64,000 nt of DNA from assembly GCA_023334545.1 (NCBI GenBank), contig JAADVB010000059.1:19524-83523 (forward strand), in the 5' to 3' direction. The position numbers and the translations under genes were made by a program. Numbering within the stretch: the stretch's first letter is position 1; each line of letters opens with the position of its first letter. The notes under the pieces are model-generated. The model was not told the origin of the DNA. It did not search any database and saw only the letters and a program-made list of their open reading frames with translations. Positions 10,701-22,272 of the stretch are shown one piece after another. Source of the DNA: Salisapilia sapeloensis CBS 127946. Lineage: Eukaryota > Protista > Oomycota.

Positions 10701-13700
10701 AGTTCCTTATCGACGATTGCGAAAGTTGTGGAAGGAGAATACTTATGGACCAGAAACGTCGTTTCATCCGATGTCGAAGCATGAAAGTCACTTATCTCAA
10801 CAAGAAGTTTATCAGTATGACACGAGTGGTCAAGTAGCTTTTGACGGAGAAGAGCATTATGCATTTCTAAACGATATTAAAGAATTTGAAGAGGAAATAG
10901 AAAGTGATGACGACCAAAGTGAAGCTGTGACGAGAGCAGAAATGATGTTTGTTGATAACTTTCCATCCGACGCAACCATCGTTATACCACTTGAAACTGG
11001 AATGGATTACACGACACTGAATGCAGATCGCTCGTACAATACGAAGACAGCATACACACAATTAAATCGTTCTCGTATCTATTGGTATTCAGAAGTTTAC
11101 AACGAAACCCTGGGAATTGGAGGTGTCGGTGCTTGTTCAACGATGGATTACCAAGACTGGCGAAATGAAGGCATCATGCTCCATTTTGACAACCTTACCG
11201 ATCCCTTTGGCGATGTGTTAAGCCACACTCTTGTCGCTGACCGACCAAAAGCTATTTACAATCCCAAGACAAAGAAATTTGTGCTGTGGTTTCATGTCGA
11301 TACAATTGAAAACACAATAGGCCTTGCAGGTGTTGCTACAAGCAAACTTCCAAACGGACCCTTTCGCTTCCAGCGTAGCATGTACCCGACGGCCCCACTG
11401 GAATCACCTGGTGGTCAATCAATTAATGAGACTCGTGATCAAACAATTGCACTTGTACCATTGCATCACCCGTCAAAAGACATTCCATCGACAGCATATC
11501 TCATCCGGACGTATTTTAAGACAGTCGAGTATTGGTTACCACGTCCAGTGATGGATCCACTTTGGGAAAGCGTGAAAGCAGCGGATGGGTCAATTGACTT
11601 TTCATTAAACTACCATCGAGCAGTGCATCATGAAGGTTACGACGATCCGGACGACATCTACCTTCAACGATGGCGGATGGAAGGTGTGCCTTGGGCAGTG
11701 GTCTGCTGTGCAATAACGAATCTGACTGATTGCTTGACGATAACAGAAGTACCGAATGCCACCCATCCGAACGTTTGTCCTGATGATCATTCGAAGAAGA
11801 TGAAAATACTTGGTCAAGCTCAGACGGCATCGCAAGCTTCCACTCGATACTTGGACCCTAACGATCCGTACAATAGCATATATCGTCCAAACTCTGTCCC
11901 ATCTTATACAACATGGGGAGCTCAAGTGTATAAAGTCAAAACTTGGAGAGGAACGTACTTTGACGCACTTAGCACGAACATTACAAAGTACGTTTTCGAT
12001 CGATATGCAAGTGAGAGGCGTCGAATACAAGTAGCAAATGATCCTACGATACCATATGAATACTTTGATCCATCACCACCGACATTTATACCAACAAATG
12101 ACGTTGAAATACTCGATCTCATGTTTGGAAACTTGGGAGTACCAATTACCAGTGAATTCCAGGCTGCTCATTCCTCTCCAGATCTCGCTGAAATCGATCC
12201 CAATGAAGATGGAAAGATCACTTCGTACGAGGTTGCAATGTTAGAGAAGAAGCTAGAGAATAAGGAGCTTGCGAAGCATGTGGTTGAAGCACTTTTATAC
12301 GATTTTGAAAAGATGAAATGGAATCAAATTCATGCATTAGATGTCAACAACGATGGAGAGATTACTTTCAGCGAATTTGAAGCGTGGGTTGGAATGGACC
12401 CAAATCTTTTATTCGATCAATATGACCTAGACAAGAATGGATATCTGGATGAGAATGAGCTATCTCGCTTCCTGTGGGATCGGCAACTCCCACGCATCGA
12501 CACGGCGATCATCCTTCTCGATCCGTCATTTGATGGGAGAGTGTACTATAGTCGATTTTTGGCTATTGTCCGTGACTTTCCCGATTTTATCTATCGGCAA
12601 TATGACTTTGACAACTCGGAAACATTGACACAAGACGAAATTGACTTGATCGCAAAAGATTTAGGCGCTCCATTCGCGATACCTGGTAAGCTTGAAGCTT
12701 TGAAAGATGCATCCATCCATGCTATTCATAAAGAGGACTACAAACGTTGGTTTAGTGCGACAACGAGTTTACTAGCAGGGGAGCGAAACTATTTAAAGGT
12801 CGATAATGCTGTCCATGCTACAAAACCTGACAGTCTCGTCGGTCCAATGCAAGTGGTCGAAAGACGTCGGGCAAAGTACGTTGGTATAAGCAGATTAAGT
12901 GAGGACTATTTGGATGTGGAAAAAGTGATCGAAGAGATTGAAGGCGACTTTGAAGGTGGTCGAGACGACTTACTTCAGTACTTTGCGTTTGCCCAAGATC
13001 TCTTTGGTCTCACTGAGCTGTCTGTAGTATCTCTGGGTGCAGATGATAACTTAATTCAAGATTATGGTCATACGTACCGACAGTCGCTATCACCTTCGGA
13101 TCTACATAATCGCGCGTCATATTGGAATGGGAGGTATTGGGAAGGTCGTCCAGCAGCTCCTGCACTCTTTACATACGGTTCCCAGTGTCTGCATGTAGCA
13201 GGCGTGGATGCTGAAGATTTAGGTTGCTTACCATGCCTTACTCGGTCACCTTACGTGACGTCAACAATCGAAGAGTATGAATCAGTTAGTCGAGGTACTG
13301 GCCATTGCGACGGATACAAGGAACTTGATGCATACTTGAAACAATTTGATCAACAAGTTGCCATCCAGCTCCAATACCAGCAATCTTCACGCTTTGGACC
13401 GCAAGGCTTACAACCACACTACTCACCATGCTGGAACCAATCCCAATTCTATCCTTGCGACGTGCACAAAGTACTGGAAGGAGATATTGGTGGCAGTCTT
13501 TCAGACAACTTAGTCACGACAGAGTACAATCTTGCTTGGCAACGCCATCCGAATAGCATCGGTTCATCTCAAAAGATCCGTGCTGGAGATGGCCAGAAGG
13601 AGTCGATTGGACCATCATTTCGAGAAAGATTTCCGAGTCGAAATCGAGCCATGGGTGATGAAGAAACCTTGGATACAACTGTGGTTTATCAGCCAGATCA

Positions 13701-13731
13701 ATATGAAGATTCGCTTGGCGGTGGTACTTGA
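7765..13731 (+). CDS. Giant (~1950 aa) predicted secreted multidomain protein: Gly-rich repeats, LamG-like segment, GH43_24-like propeller, EF-hand array; exons 7765-7966, 8021-8152, 8216-13731
   Basis: Signal-peptide-like MTLKSFWTTSFCFALFVSCTL. Two phase-1 GT-AG introns join in frame to the 1829-aa ORF. Motifs: GGGGSGGxIxI repeats; GVGACSTMDYQDWRNEG, DRPKAIYNPKTKKFVLWFHVD, AGVATSKLPNGPF, ETRDQT; EF loops DPNEDGKITSYE, DVNNDGEITFSE, DLDKNGYLDENE. Confidence 0.75.
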
Positions 13732-14240
13732 GAAACTACTTTACTGAGGAATGATAGGATCATTTTTCCAAGTTACCATATCATGACTCGCATTTACAGA
13801 TAGTGTTACAATCGTTTATTGCCGTGCTTGTGTTTGTAGATTCAATGAAGTTACCACGTGCCTTATAAAGCGACTAGATTCATTCAAAATTGGCATGAAA
13901 GATGTGACCATAACGCTTGGAAGTATATGTTAATGGTTGGAAACTCTGAACGAGTGAAAAGTTGGAACATAAGATTGCGGGATGGATCTTTGTAACGGAA
14001 TAACGATCTCAGACTGGCGACAAGCGAAGAGGCACTCGCCAGATCTCTGGATTAACATGCAATTTACGACGACAGTTACTAAAGATCGATTTGTGTCTGG
14101 TCATGACTTATTGAACGCCTCTTCGTCTGATACCTGGAAAGATTTTAGTGGCGGGTCCTGGTGTTGCTCATTGCTTACTTTTAAACAATAGCGATAAACG
14201 CCAACTTCCACCTACTTCTTCATCCGAGCATCTCGCCAGC

Positions 14241-16387
14241 ATGAGAAGAGATAGTGACGCCAGTGAAGACAGCGTCAATGTCGACGATAGCTATGCTTCA
14301 TCCCAAGTTGTTCCGACGATTTCATCCGCACGAGCATCGTACCAATACAGTTTCCAATGCATCGATAGCTCTCGAGGAAGTGCTGTCAATGTTTCACGGC
14401 AATCACTCGACCCGAGTTTGACACGCAAGTCGAACGATGTATTTATTCGTGGCTCACTTGCTGGAAAGCAGATCGAAAAGATCCCACTTGCATCTACTGG
14501 CATACCGGAGCGACCGAAAGACTATAAAGGTCGAATTCGGGTAAGCATTATTTACTTATACATACAATCCAAATGTCCATAGCATTCATTTACATTGGTT
14601 ATATTCATAGACATGGCCAGGCGTCCTCCTTTTCCTGCTTCTATTTTGTGGAGCAATTTTTTCAATCTATTACCAAGGCTTGAAAGCCTACAACGCTCGT
14701 GTCGAACGCGTTCAGCAGTATGAAAAGCGTCGCTTTAGTGGAACGAGCATTACTGGTGGGAAGACGACTACAGATGAAATTATTGGAGGTGAACTGATCT
14801 CTGATGACGGAGCGATTGGCAATCCAAATGAGTATCCGGATGAAGGTGCGTTATCCACACTATTTGTTGACGATACGAATGTTCATGTATTGCACGCACA
14901 GAATGTGAGCTTCCAGATTACCAAAGCAAAGATGGTCATGTCGTTGCTGTATCCGAGAATGGGACTGAAGTGCCGATCAAGATCAAAGGCATTAACTGGT
15001 ACGTTTACTTCCTGTATATTCGTCATTTATCCCATTAAGCTCATATACTTTCGACGCTAGGTTCGGCATGGAAACGTACGGGATAAGTGTTTATATTCTA
15101 TCGTCATGCGATACTCACTTGTGGTTATGATTACATAGAGGCACTGTTGTACCGCTTGGATTGTGGTCTAACAGCGATAACGGAACGACGCTATATCAAA
15201 TTGCTCGATTCTTATCCACGAACAAGTTTAATGGCGTTCGTCTGCCAGTGTGTGTGGATTACTTGCTTAAAAACACCAAGCCACCCCTCGGGCTCGTCAA
15301 CAGCTACGAGAATCGTGCGCTTTCCATGAAGAATTACATGTCGATGCTTCAAAGTATTATTAAAGCGTTTGCTTTCCGACGGATTGGTGTTCTAATATCC
15401 ATGCATACACTCACAAGCAGTGACCATGGTGAAGTATGGTTTGACGAAGAGATCAGTGAAGACGACTTCTTGGACTCGATTGACGTTCTGACGAAAGGAC
15501 TTTGCAGTGAAGAGTATTTCAATATCATGGGTATCGACTTGAAGAACGAACCGTATGGAGCTACGTGGGGCGATGGGACAGACATTGACTATAAAGCTGG
15601 TGCGGAACGTATTGCGAATCGGATGCTCGAGGGATGTCCACAATGGATGGGCTTCGTCGAAGGCATTAATGGCGCTCATTCCGTCGAGATTGACGGTACA
15701 GTGTTCGACTACTACGACTGGTACCTTATGAACGCTATGACAAAAACGTGCAGTTGGGTTAAGCATATGTGATATGTAGGTATGGAGGAGGATTACAGCC
15801 AGCCAAGGAAGACCCATTGAAATTCGACATTAAAAACAAAATCGTCTACGCGCCTCATTACTACAACTCTGGAGGTATCTCCTGTGTGATAACTCAATGT
15901 AAATGCTTGGGATTTAACCTGCTGTATGATAGTGTACCCACAAGATTATTTGTACGAGTCCTTAAGTGGAGAAGAGTTTGTTGAGCTCGATGATGCCACA
16001 TTACGCTCGAGAATTAAAGGCACGATGGATCACATGTTTGGCTTTTTGGCATCGGAAACAGGTCCAGCAGTGATGCTTGGTGAGTTTGGAGGTTTGTATG
16101 CGAAGGACTTGCATCCAAAGAAGACGACACAACGCTGCACGGATTTCCAGATCGAAGTCATCAAGCAACCAGGATGGGCTGGAGGTTTCGTCTGGAGTTT
16201 AAATCCAGAGAGTGCGTATCAGTACAATCCAGTCACACCAGGACATTATACCGAAGGTGTCTTGGAAGACGACTGGTTGAGCGCAGATGATGTCTTTTTA
16301 AAAGGTATGGAGGCGATGGACGATATGGATAACCTCGTCCCATTCCCATGCTTCCCGAAGAAGTCTAAATCCTCGTCCAAAGATTGA
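14241..16387 (+). CDS. Glycoside hydrolase family 5 endo-beta-glucanase (oomycete Cel5A type) with N-terminal type-II membrane anchor; multi-exon
   Basis: TM segment WPGVLLFLLLFCGAIFSIYY; IKIKGINW|FGMET, VRLP, acid/base GIDLKNEP, APHYY and nucleophile LGEFGG, spread over short-intron exons. Start codon is approximate. Confidence 0.85.
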
Positions 16388-16579
16388 GTTCAAAGCGAGG
16401 ACGTACGAGATTGATGCATTAAATCCAAGTTTAAAACTTTTTCCGACTAACTTTGCTCGTTTTTCTTGTGCACGGATGATGTCTTCTGTATTTAGCATCA
16501 GACGAATAAGCTGGCCCAAAGTAGCTTTAGCAATCGGATTGGATAAGTTCAAAAGATTGTATTCTAGTTTTGACTCGGG

Positions 16580-16937
16580 TCAGGTTTGGCAACGCCTCCT
16601 TTCGGTCCACGAATACGCGTGCGCATATCGAGTTGACCACGCTTGCACTCAAAGTATGCTAGTCGCATAGACTATTCACAAGAATGAATAGAGTTAGACT
16701 GATTACAAACACATGGAAGGAACTCGCAACGCTAAAAGCTACTACTGTGTCTATGCAATCACAGACACAGCACCTAATAGTCGTATCGGTCCAATGATAA
16801 AGTCGTACCTGGCACTCGTGTTGATATTCGTTCATTTTAAGGCATTCCTTGAGCGAGCGTGTGCCATCGGCCATGCATTCGCCTTCCATCATGCACTCTT
16901 GCAGCGCAATCGCCATGTCACGACAGGATTTGCCCAT
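16580..16937 (-). CDS. COA5: Cytochrome c oxidase assembly factor 5 (PET191/COA5, twin Cx9C-like); two exons
   Basis: Exon 1 MGKSCRDMAIALQECMMEGECMADGTRSLKECL...CQ; exon 2 reads MRLAYFECKRGQLDMRTRIRGPKG, the PET191 C-terminal signature. Confidence 0.85.
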
Positions 16938-17272
16938 TTTCTTGATTCTTGTCTGCTGTGCTTGTCAATTCGGTACAAAAGCGAGCTTTTGGTGCGATGT
17001 ATTAATTTGGACCAGCATTAACGGAAATAATAAAGTGAACTACTTCGGAATATCTATTGCGTATGATGCATTTGATCTACTTTCAGACTCTGGTCTAGTA
17101 GAAACTCTAATATCTGTATCCATTCGAAATAACCATAGAATGGGGTATACAAGTCTGAATGGACGCGATATGGGACGATGAAAAGTCGGGCACGAGATGC
17201 GTGCTTTCAAGAGTCGTACGAGGATTACCTGGAGGTGCGTAGCAAGTTGCTACGAAGTCGATTAAGCAACTG

Positions 17273-18100
17273 ATGCAGATTGGACATGAAGTTAATACGT
17301 GCAAGCTTTTATCTGGTAATGGAGCGTATACTTTGCAGGCACTCTTAGGTGTCATTGCCGTTGGTACACTATGGTACAAACGCCAGGTCGAACGGCCACG
17401 ACGGCCACTCGAGATATGGGCACTTGACGTCAGCAAGCAGACAATAGGGGTGCGTTGGTATATCGCATTCGCATGAGCAAACACTAACATGTTGAATAAT
17501 GCACCGTTAGGCATTCTTTGCGCACATGCTCAATTTGTTGGTCGCCACGGAGTTTCCACCTGTGACGGACGAATGTGCTTGGTACTTTATCAACTTTGTT
17601 GGTGACTGCACCATCGGTACATTGATCAGTATCCTGTTGCTACGATGGTTGGAAGAACTCGCTGAGTCTTGGAATTGGAAGCGAATCCAAGAAAGTGGGA
17701 ATTATGGTACCCCACCTTGCTATCGGTACACAAACTTTTCAGTCGATTTTAACTGCATCACGTGTATTTATTATTGGTGTTATTTACGTGCAATAGAACA
17801 TGGTGGTGTCAACTACTAGCGTGGATTGGGATTATCATCATCACCAAAAGCGTTGTGGTATTAATTATCCTAGCAACATCAACGAGACTTGGAGCGTTCA
17901 GCGAAATCCTATTCACACCACTTCGTGATCATCCATTCGCAAAACTACTTTTAGTTTTGATAATATGTCCAAGTTTCTTCAACGTTGTACAGTTCTGGAT
18001 CCAAGACAGCTTCCTCAAGAAAGATGCGAGTATCCAAGCACCACACTACCTCGGAGATGGCGTCGACAACACCCTCGCAACTCGGCTACTTATAGACTAG
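17273..18100 (+). CDS. STIMATE/TMEM110-like multi-pass membrane protein; multi-exon
   Basis: CKLL...LQALLGVIAVGTLWYKRQVERPRRPLEIWALDVSKQ, AHMLNL, DECAWYFINF..DCTIG and NVVQFWIQDSFLKK are characteristic of the family. Confidence 0.8.
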
Positions 18101-18215
18101 ATATACGCTTGAAATATACTATTTTGCAACCATCTTGTCATGATATATATGTGGACCACAACAACCTCCACATCTTCAAGGCGAATGCACAAGCCATTTC
18201 CTCTCTTTTGGTAGT

Positions 18216-18572
18216 ATGCTCCGAAGTATCCTACGTACTCCCGTCCGTTCGTCTGCTTTAACAACTCGCTTCTCTCGCACTATGAGCTCTGCTGCTGATA
18301 AAAAGTACTACGTCCTCCGATACGAGTACGTTCCAGATATCCTGGAGAAACGCGGCCCCTTCCGTCCAGAGCACTTGCGGCTAGCACAAGAGGGAAAGCA
18401 AGCTGGACACATTGTCATGGGTGGAGCTTTCCCAGACCCGTCTGACTCTGCCATGTTCATCTTCCGAACCGACAACAAACAACTGATTGAAGACTTTGCT
18501 CAGAACGATCCGTACGTGAAAAACGGTCTTGTTCCGTCCTACTCGATCCGTGAATGGACTGTCGTGATCTAA
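18216..18572 (+). CDS. YciI-like protein with probable mitochondrial presequence (ATG near 18225)
   Basis: R..HL (RGPFRPEHL), GGAF and FAQNDPYVKNGLV...IREW. The N-terminus is rich in Arg/Ser/Thr and lacks acidic residues. Confidence 0.85.
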   Translation: MLRSILRTPVRSSALTTRFSRTMSSAADKKYYVLRYEYVPDILEKRGPFRPEHLRLAQEGKQAGHIVMGGAFPDPSDSAMFIFRTDNKQLIEDFAQNDPYVKNGLVPSYSIREWTVVI

Positions 18573-18619
18573 CACCCAAACCGAGTTCCATTTGAACACC
18601 TTACAATGTCTAGTCTACC

Positions 18620-20827
18620 CTACGATTCTTGTCTTCCCTTCCCACTGGCTGTTCGTTGGATCTGATTTAATATATGCAAACTCCGCTTGGAAGCACGTAC
18701 CGACTTCTTTGGTCCGGTCGCCTGTCGTACAGGTGTGAATCCACTATGCCCCGCTGGCATGACCGACCTCGCTTTCAACCAATGCACTGATTCACTCGCA
18801 CTCGTCTTTCCTTCCGATACTTGTTGTCGACTCCGTTTTCGATTCTTCGGTGTCTCGTACCCTTCTTTCCTTTTCCGAATTTCAGGAGATGCAAAAGGCG
18901 TTTCTTCACGAGGTTTAATCGGGAAGAAACCAATCTCATAAGAGTCAAAGAATGCGAGGTCATCCATGTGCTCCAAGATCTCCTGGAAACTAGGACGTAC
19001 GCCCCATGCCGTGCACTTGAGAAACAAACTACAGAACGGACCTAGCTTGCGTTTCATGGCGTCTGGGAGGGAAGTGACGACGACGTCTTCCAACGACTGA
19101 TGTAGCTTTCTTGTCTCTGTGTGATGAGATGGTACGACGTCGCCAACCAGTAGTCGAAATAAGATCTCTCGAGCAAACGAACCGACATCACAGTTCTTAT
19201 AAAAGCTAAAGTCTCCCATCAGGACGTCCTTCGGCTCTGACGATGGTAATTGGACACGCCCAAGATCCGAGAGTTTCATCAAAGGTGCCCACTCCCTTTC
19301 ATATCCTTTCGGAGGCATCTGGAGCAGGATATTTCGACATGCGAGGTCGCCATGGGCTACATTCAAGTCGTCATGAAGCACGACGAGAGGCTCACAGATC
19401 TGTTTAAGTATCGTCCGCGTCTCTTCTATTGAAAAAGTCACGATCTTCCGCTTCGAACGGCTTATATGATCTCCATCCGGTCGTCCGTATCGACGCAAGT
19501 AGTCACTTAATTTACAATCCAACACTTCGAGAGCGATGCATGTATGGTCGATGGCGTCACAAGCTCCGAGACACTGGACAAATCCTCGCGTGTTCCGTAC
19601 GCGACGTAAATAATGCAATTCCACGGCACTCCGATGCTTGGCTTCTTGCGTGGACGTCGTGTCTGTGCTCTTACTACATTTCAACGCTACTTTCTGTCCT
19701 CGAACAACACAAGCACGCACTCGTCCGTCTGTTCCTTCGCCATACACTCCACCAGTGTATTCTGCATCGAGACTACAATTAAACAGACCTACATCTTGGA
19801 TGACTGACGTAGATGTAAACGCATCGGACGTGCAGATACTATTGGACTCCTCCTGTGACGCTTTTGTCGCAAATGTACCTGGCTCTGATACCTGACTACT
19901 TTCCACTTCATCCTTCCATTCTTCCTCTTCTTCTTTCTTCTCTTCGTCTGCTTCATCCTGCTTAGCAGGTCCATCCTTTTCGTCCTTTGCCAATGTCTCT
20001 TCGTCCATTAAGGACTGCGTTTTACTCACAGCGGAAGAGTGGGATAAAGCTGGTGAGATGGACGACAATGGACGCTTTCCATCTACACGTGTATCGTGCG
20101 TAGGCATAGGAGGTGGCGAGTATAAAGCTGGAGGAGCATTCATACGCTCTTGTAGTTTCTGGTTGTACTTGATATTCCGCTGCATCTGGTGCCAAACTGC
20201 CGAGTCTACTTGTAAGACTGGAGAAGCCTTTTCAGGAGAAAAAGAGATCATGCGTTTACTCGTTGTATCTTGTGTCTTGAGTGGCACAGAAGCAGAGGAA
20301 CTGCTTTGAGCGATTGGACGCTTTACCTTTGTTTTCTTCACAGGAGCTGTGATTTCCCCTGCTAATGTATCCTTCTCTGGTGTCGGAATACGCACGGATG
20401 GAGATTCTATTGCTGCCTGTGTAGTAGCTTTCAAACGACAAGAGGAGCTGGACGATTCTTCTTCTTCCATATACTGTTCTTCTTTCTCTTCTTCTTCTTC
20501 TTCATCTACTTCCTGCTCTTCCTCTTCTTGCTCTTCCTCTTCTTGCTCTTTTTCCATTTCCTCCTCTCTGTTTATTTCTGCATTATTGGCTTCCACAGAC
20601 TCTGAATCAACCTCTTGGTCTGAAACCTTCTCTGCATCTTTCGGATTCACAGACGCGACATTTGCTGTCTTCGCAGCCTTGATCACCTGCAACTCGGCCG
20701 ACCTCTTCGCACGTGTAATGCGTCGGTATTTCGATCGAACCTCTTCAATGGCAGCAGGAGCTTTCCGCAATCGAGCTTCACGTAACTTTTCCGTCTCTAC
20801 CCTTGTCTTGGACCTCGTTCTTCGCAT
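18620..20827 (-). CDS. Protein kinase-fold protein with tyrosine-kinase-like catalytic loop and long acidic N-terminus
   Basis: YGEGTDGRV (Gly loop), VALK, HGDLACRNILL, KLSDLG. The activation segment is short and has no APE. Confidence 0.75.
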   Translation of the reverse strand: MRRTRSKTRVETEKLREARLRKAPAAIEEVRSKYRRITRAKRSAELQVIKAAKTANVASVNPKDAEKVSDQEVDSESVEANNAEINREEEMEKEQEEEEQEEEEQEVDEEEEEEKEEQYMEEEESSSSSCRLKATTQAAIESPSVRIPTPEKDTLAGEITAPVKKTKVKRPIAQSSSSASVPLKTQDTTSKRMISFSPEKASPVLQVDSAVWHQMQRNIKYNQKLQERMNAPPALYSPPPMPTHDTRVDGKRPLSSISPALSHSSAVSKTQSLMDEETLAKDEKDGPAKQDEADEEKKEEEEEWKDEVESSQVSEPGTFATKASQEESNSICTSDAFTSTSVIQDVGLFNCSLDAEYTGGVYGEGTDGRVRACVVRGQKVALKCSKSTDTTSTQEAKHRSAVELHYLRRVRNTRGFVQCLGACDAIDHTCIALEVLDCKLSDYLRRYGRPDGDHISRSKRKIVTFSIEETRTILKQICEPLVVLHDDLNVAHGDLACRNILLQMPPKGYEREWAPLMKLSDLGRVQLPSSEPKDVLMGDFSFYKNCDVGSFAREILFRLLVGDVVPSHHTETRKLHQSLEDVVVTSLPDAMKRKLGPFCSLFLKCTAWGVRPSFQEILEHMDDLAFFDSYEIGFFPIKPREETPFASPEIRKRKEGYETPKNRKRSRQQVSEGKTSASESVHWLKARSVMPAGHSGFTPVRQATGPKKSVRASKRSLHILNQIQRTASGKGRQES

Positions 20828-21021
20828 ACTGACGCTGTCAATCGCTCGTAAGAGAGAGAATCGATCACCTCGTGCCTTTCAAATGCGATAAAACGCGGGA
20901 ACAACTTGGCGCGAGTGCACATATACTTTATTCCAGTGAATAAGGATTGATGTGGTGTACCTTAATTCATGTGTCTGTACACGACGCTTCCAGCACACAG
21001 CTACTAAACCACTGGAAGACG

Positions 21022-22045
21022 ATGACAGAGCTTCAGTTCACTCCAGACGTGTACAAGAAACTTTTTCCACAAGAGTACCTTGCCAAGTGCTTGGAGAATG
21101 GGGTACGACCGGATGGACGGAAGATGGAAACGCCTCGGCCGGTAGAACTCAAGACAAACGTCGTTTCAACGGCCAATAGCTCCAGCCTTGTCAAACTAGG
21201 CCACACGGCGGTCGTCGCTGGGACGAAATTGGCAGTCGCGACACCTGCAGTGGATACGCCAGACCAAGGAGAGATTGGTATGTATTTCCTGTATCGATGT
21301 AGAGATATTGGATCGTGATTGTAACGAGAGTTTATCTGGAATAGTCATCCAAGTCCACCTGACACCACTATGCTCTTCCAAATTCAGTATTGGACGTCCG
21401 CCTGCAGAAGCACATGATATTGCCAGCTATCTCACGCGTATCGTCAATGGGTATGTCAATATTGAGATTGAAAGCTGTCGATCCGACTTTAACAACTAGA
21501 ATCGATAGGTCTCGCGTCGTCGAAATGTCCGATTTGGGCATTGAAAAGGGAAAGTCTGCATGGCGAGTCATGCTCGACGTCTATTGCATCGACCATGACG
21601 GTAACGTCTATGACGCCGCCCTGATGTCCGTCATGGCTGCCCTCCGTTCCCTTGAGCTACCTGCTGTTTCCATCAACGACAGTGACCACATCGTCTCCAT
21701 CAATCCTGGTACGTCGTCAATCCCAAAGAGTATTCGTATCTATGGTAACTTACGGCGTAAAATGTAGATGGCACGCCAACTCGACTGCCTATGCAACACG
21801 AGGCATATTCGACATCTTTTGCCACTTTCAATGGCAAGCTTGTGGTTGATCCTACAAGCCAAGAAGAGCAACTCGCGACATCTTCTTTCTCTTTATCTTA
21901 TACGACCAAGGGTTTCCTCTGCAGTGTCCGTAAGCCTGGTGGCACACCCATTGAGGCGTCAACACTTGAGAAATGTATGACAACAGCCAAACGTAGAACT
22001 GTTCAATGCGCACAGCATGTTGAGGAGCACTTTGTAGCAAACTGA
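21022..22045 (+). CDS. RRP43: Exosome complex component RRP43 (RNase PH-like); multi-exon
   Basis: YKKLFPQEYLAKCLENGVRPDGR, SSLVKLGHTAVVAG, SIGRPPAEA, KSAWRVMLDVYCIDHDGNVYDAALMSVMAAL and VVDPTSQEE. Confidence 0.85.
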
Positions 22046-22272
22046 TCTAGAGAAACTATAAAGAACATCTTTTCGGTATCCTAGACCCTTCATATCCATC
22101 GCCTCCAAGCAGAAACGTAGCCAACATCAGAAAATTAAGCTCTTTATCAGATCAGATTTGGTTTTAGTATGTGTGCAGCATTGTCCAGAAATGAAAGAGC
22201 CTGGTCTATCGAAGCTGCATTCGCATTCGATTCATCCTGTGGCTTCCGGTACCCCTCCCACGAAGCGTCAGC

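Noticed and set aside
14033-14063. Inverted repeat CTGGCGA/TCGCCAG upstream of the GH5 gene
   Set aside because: A 7-bp stem is expected by chance; no RNA-family features.
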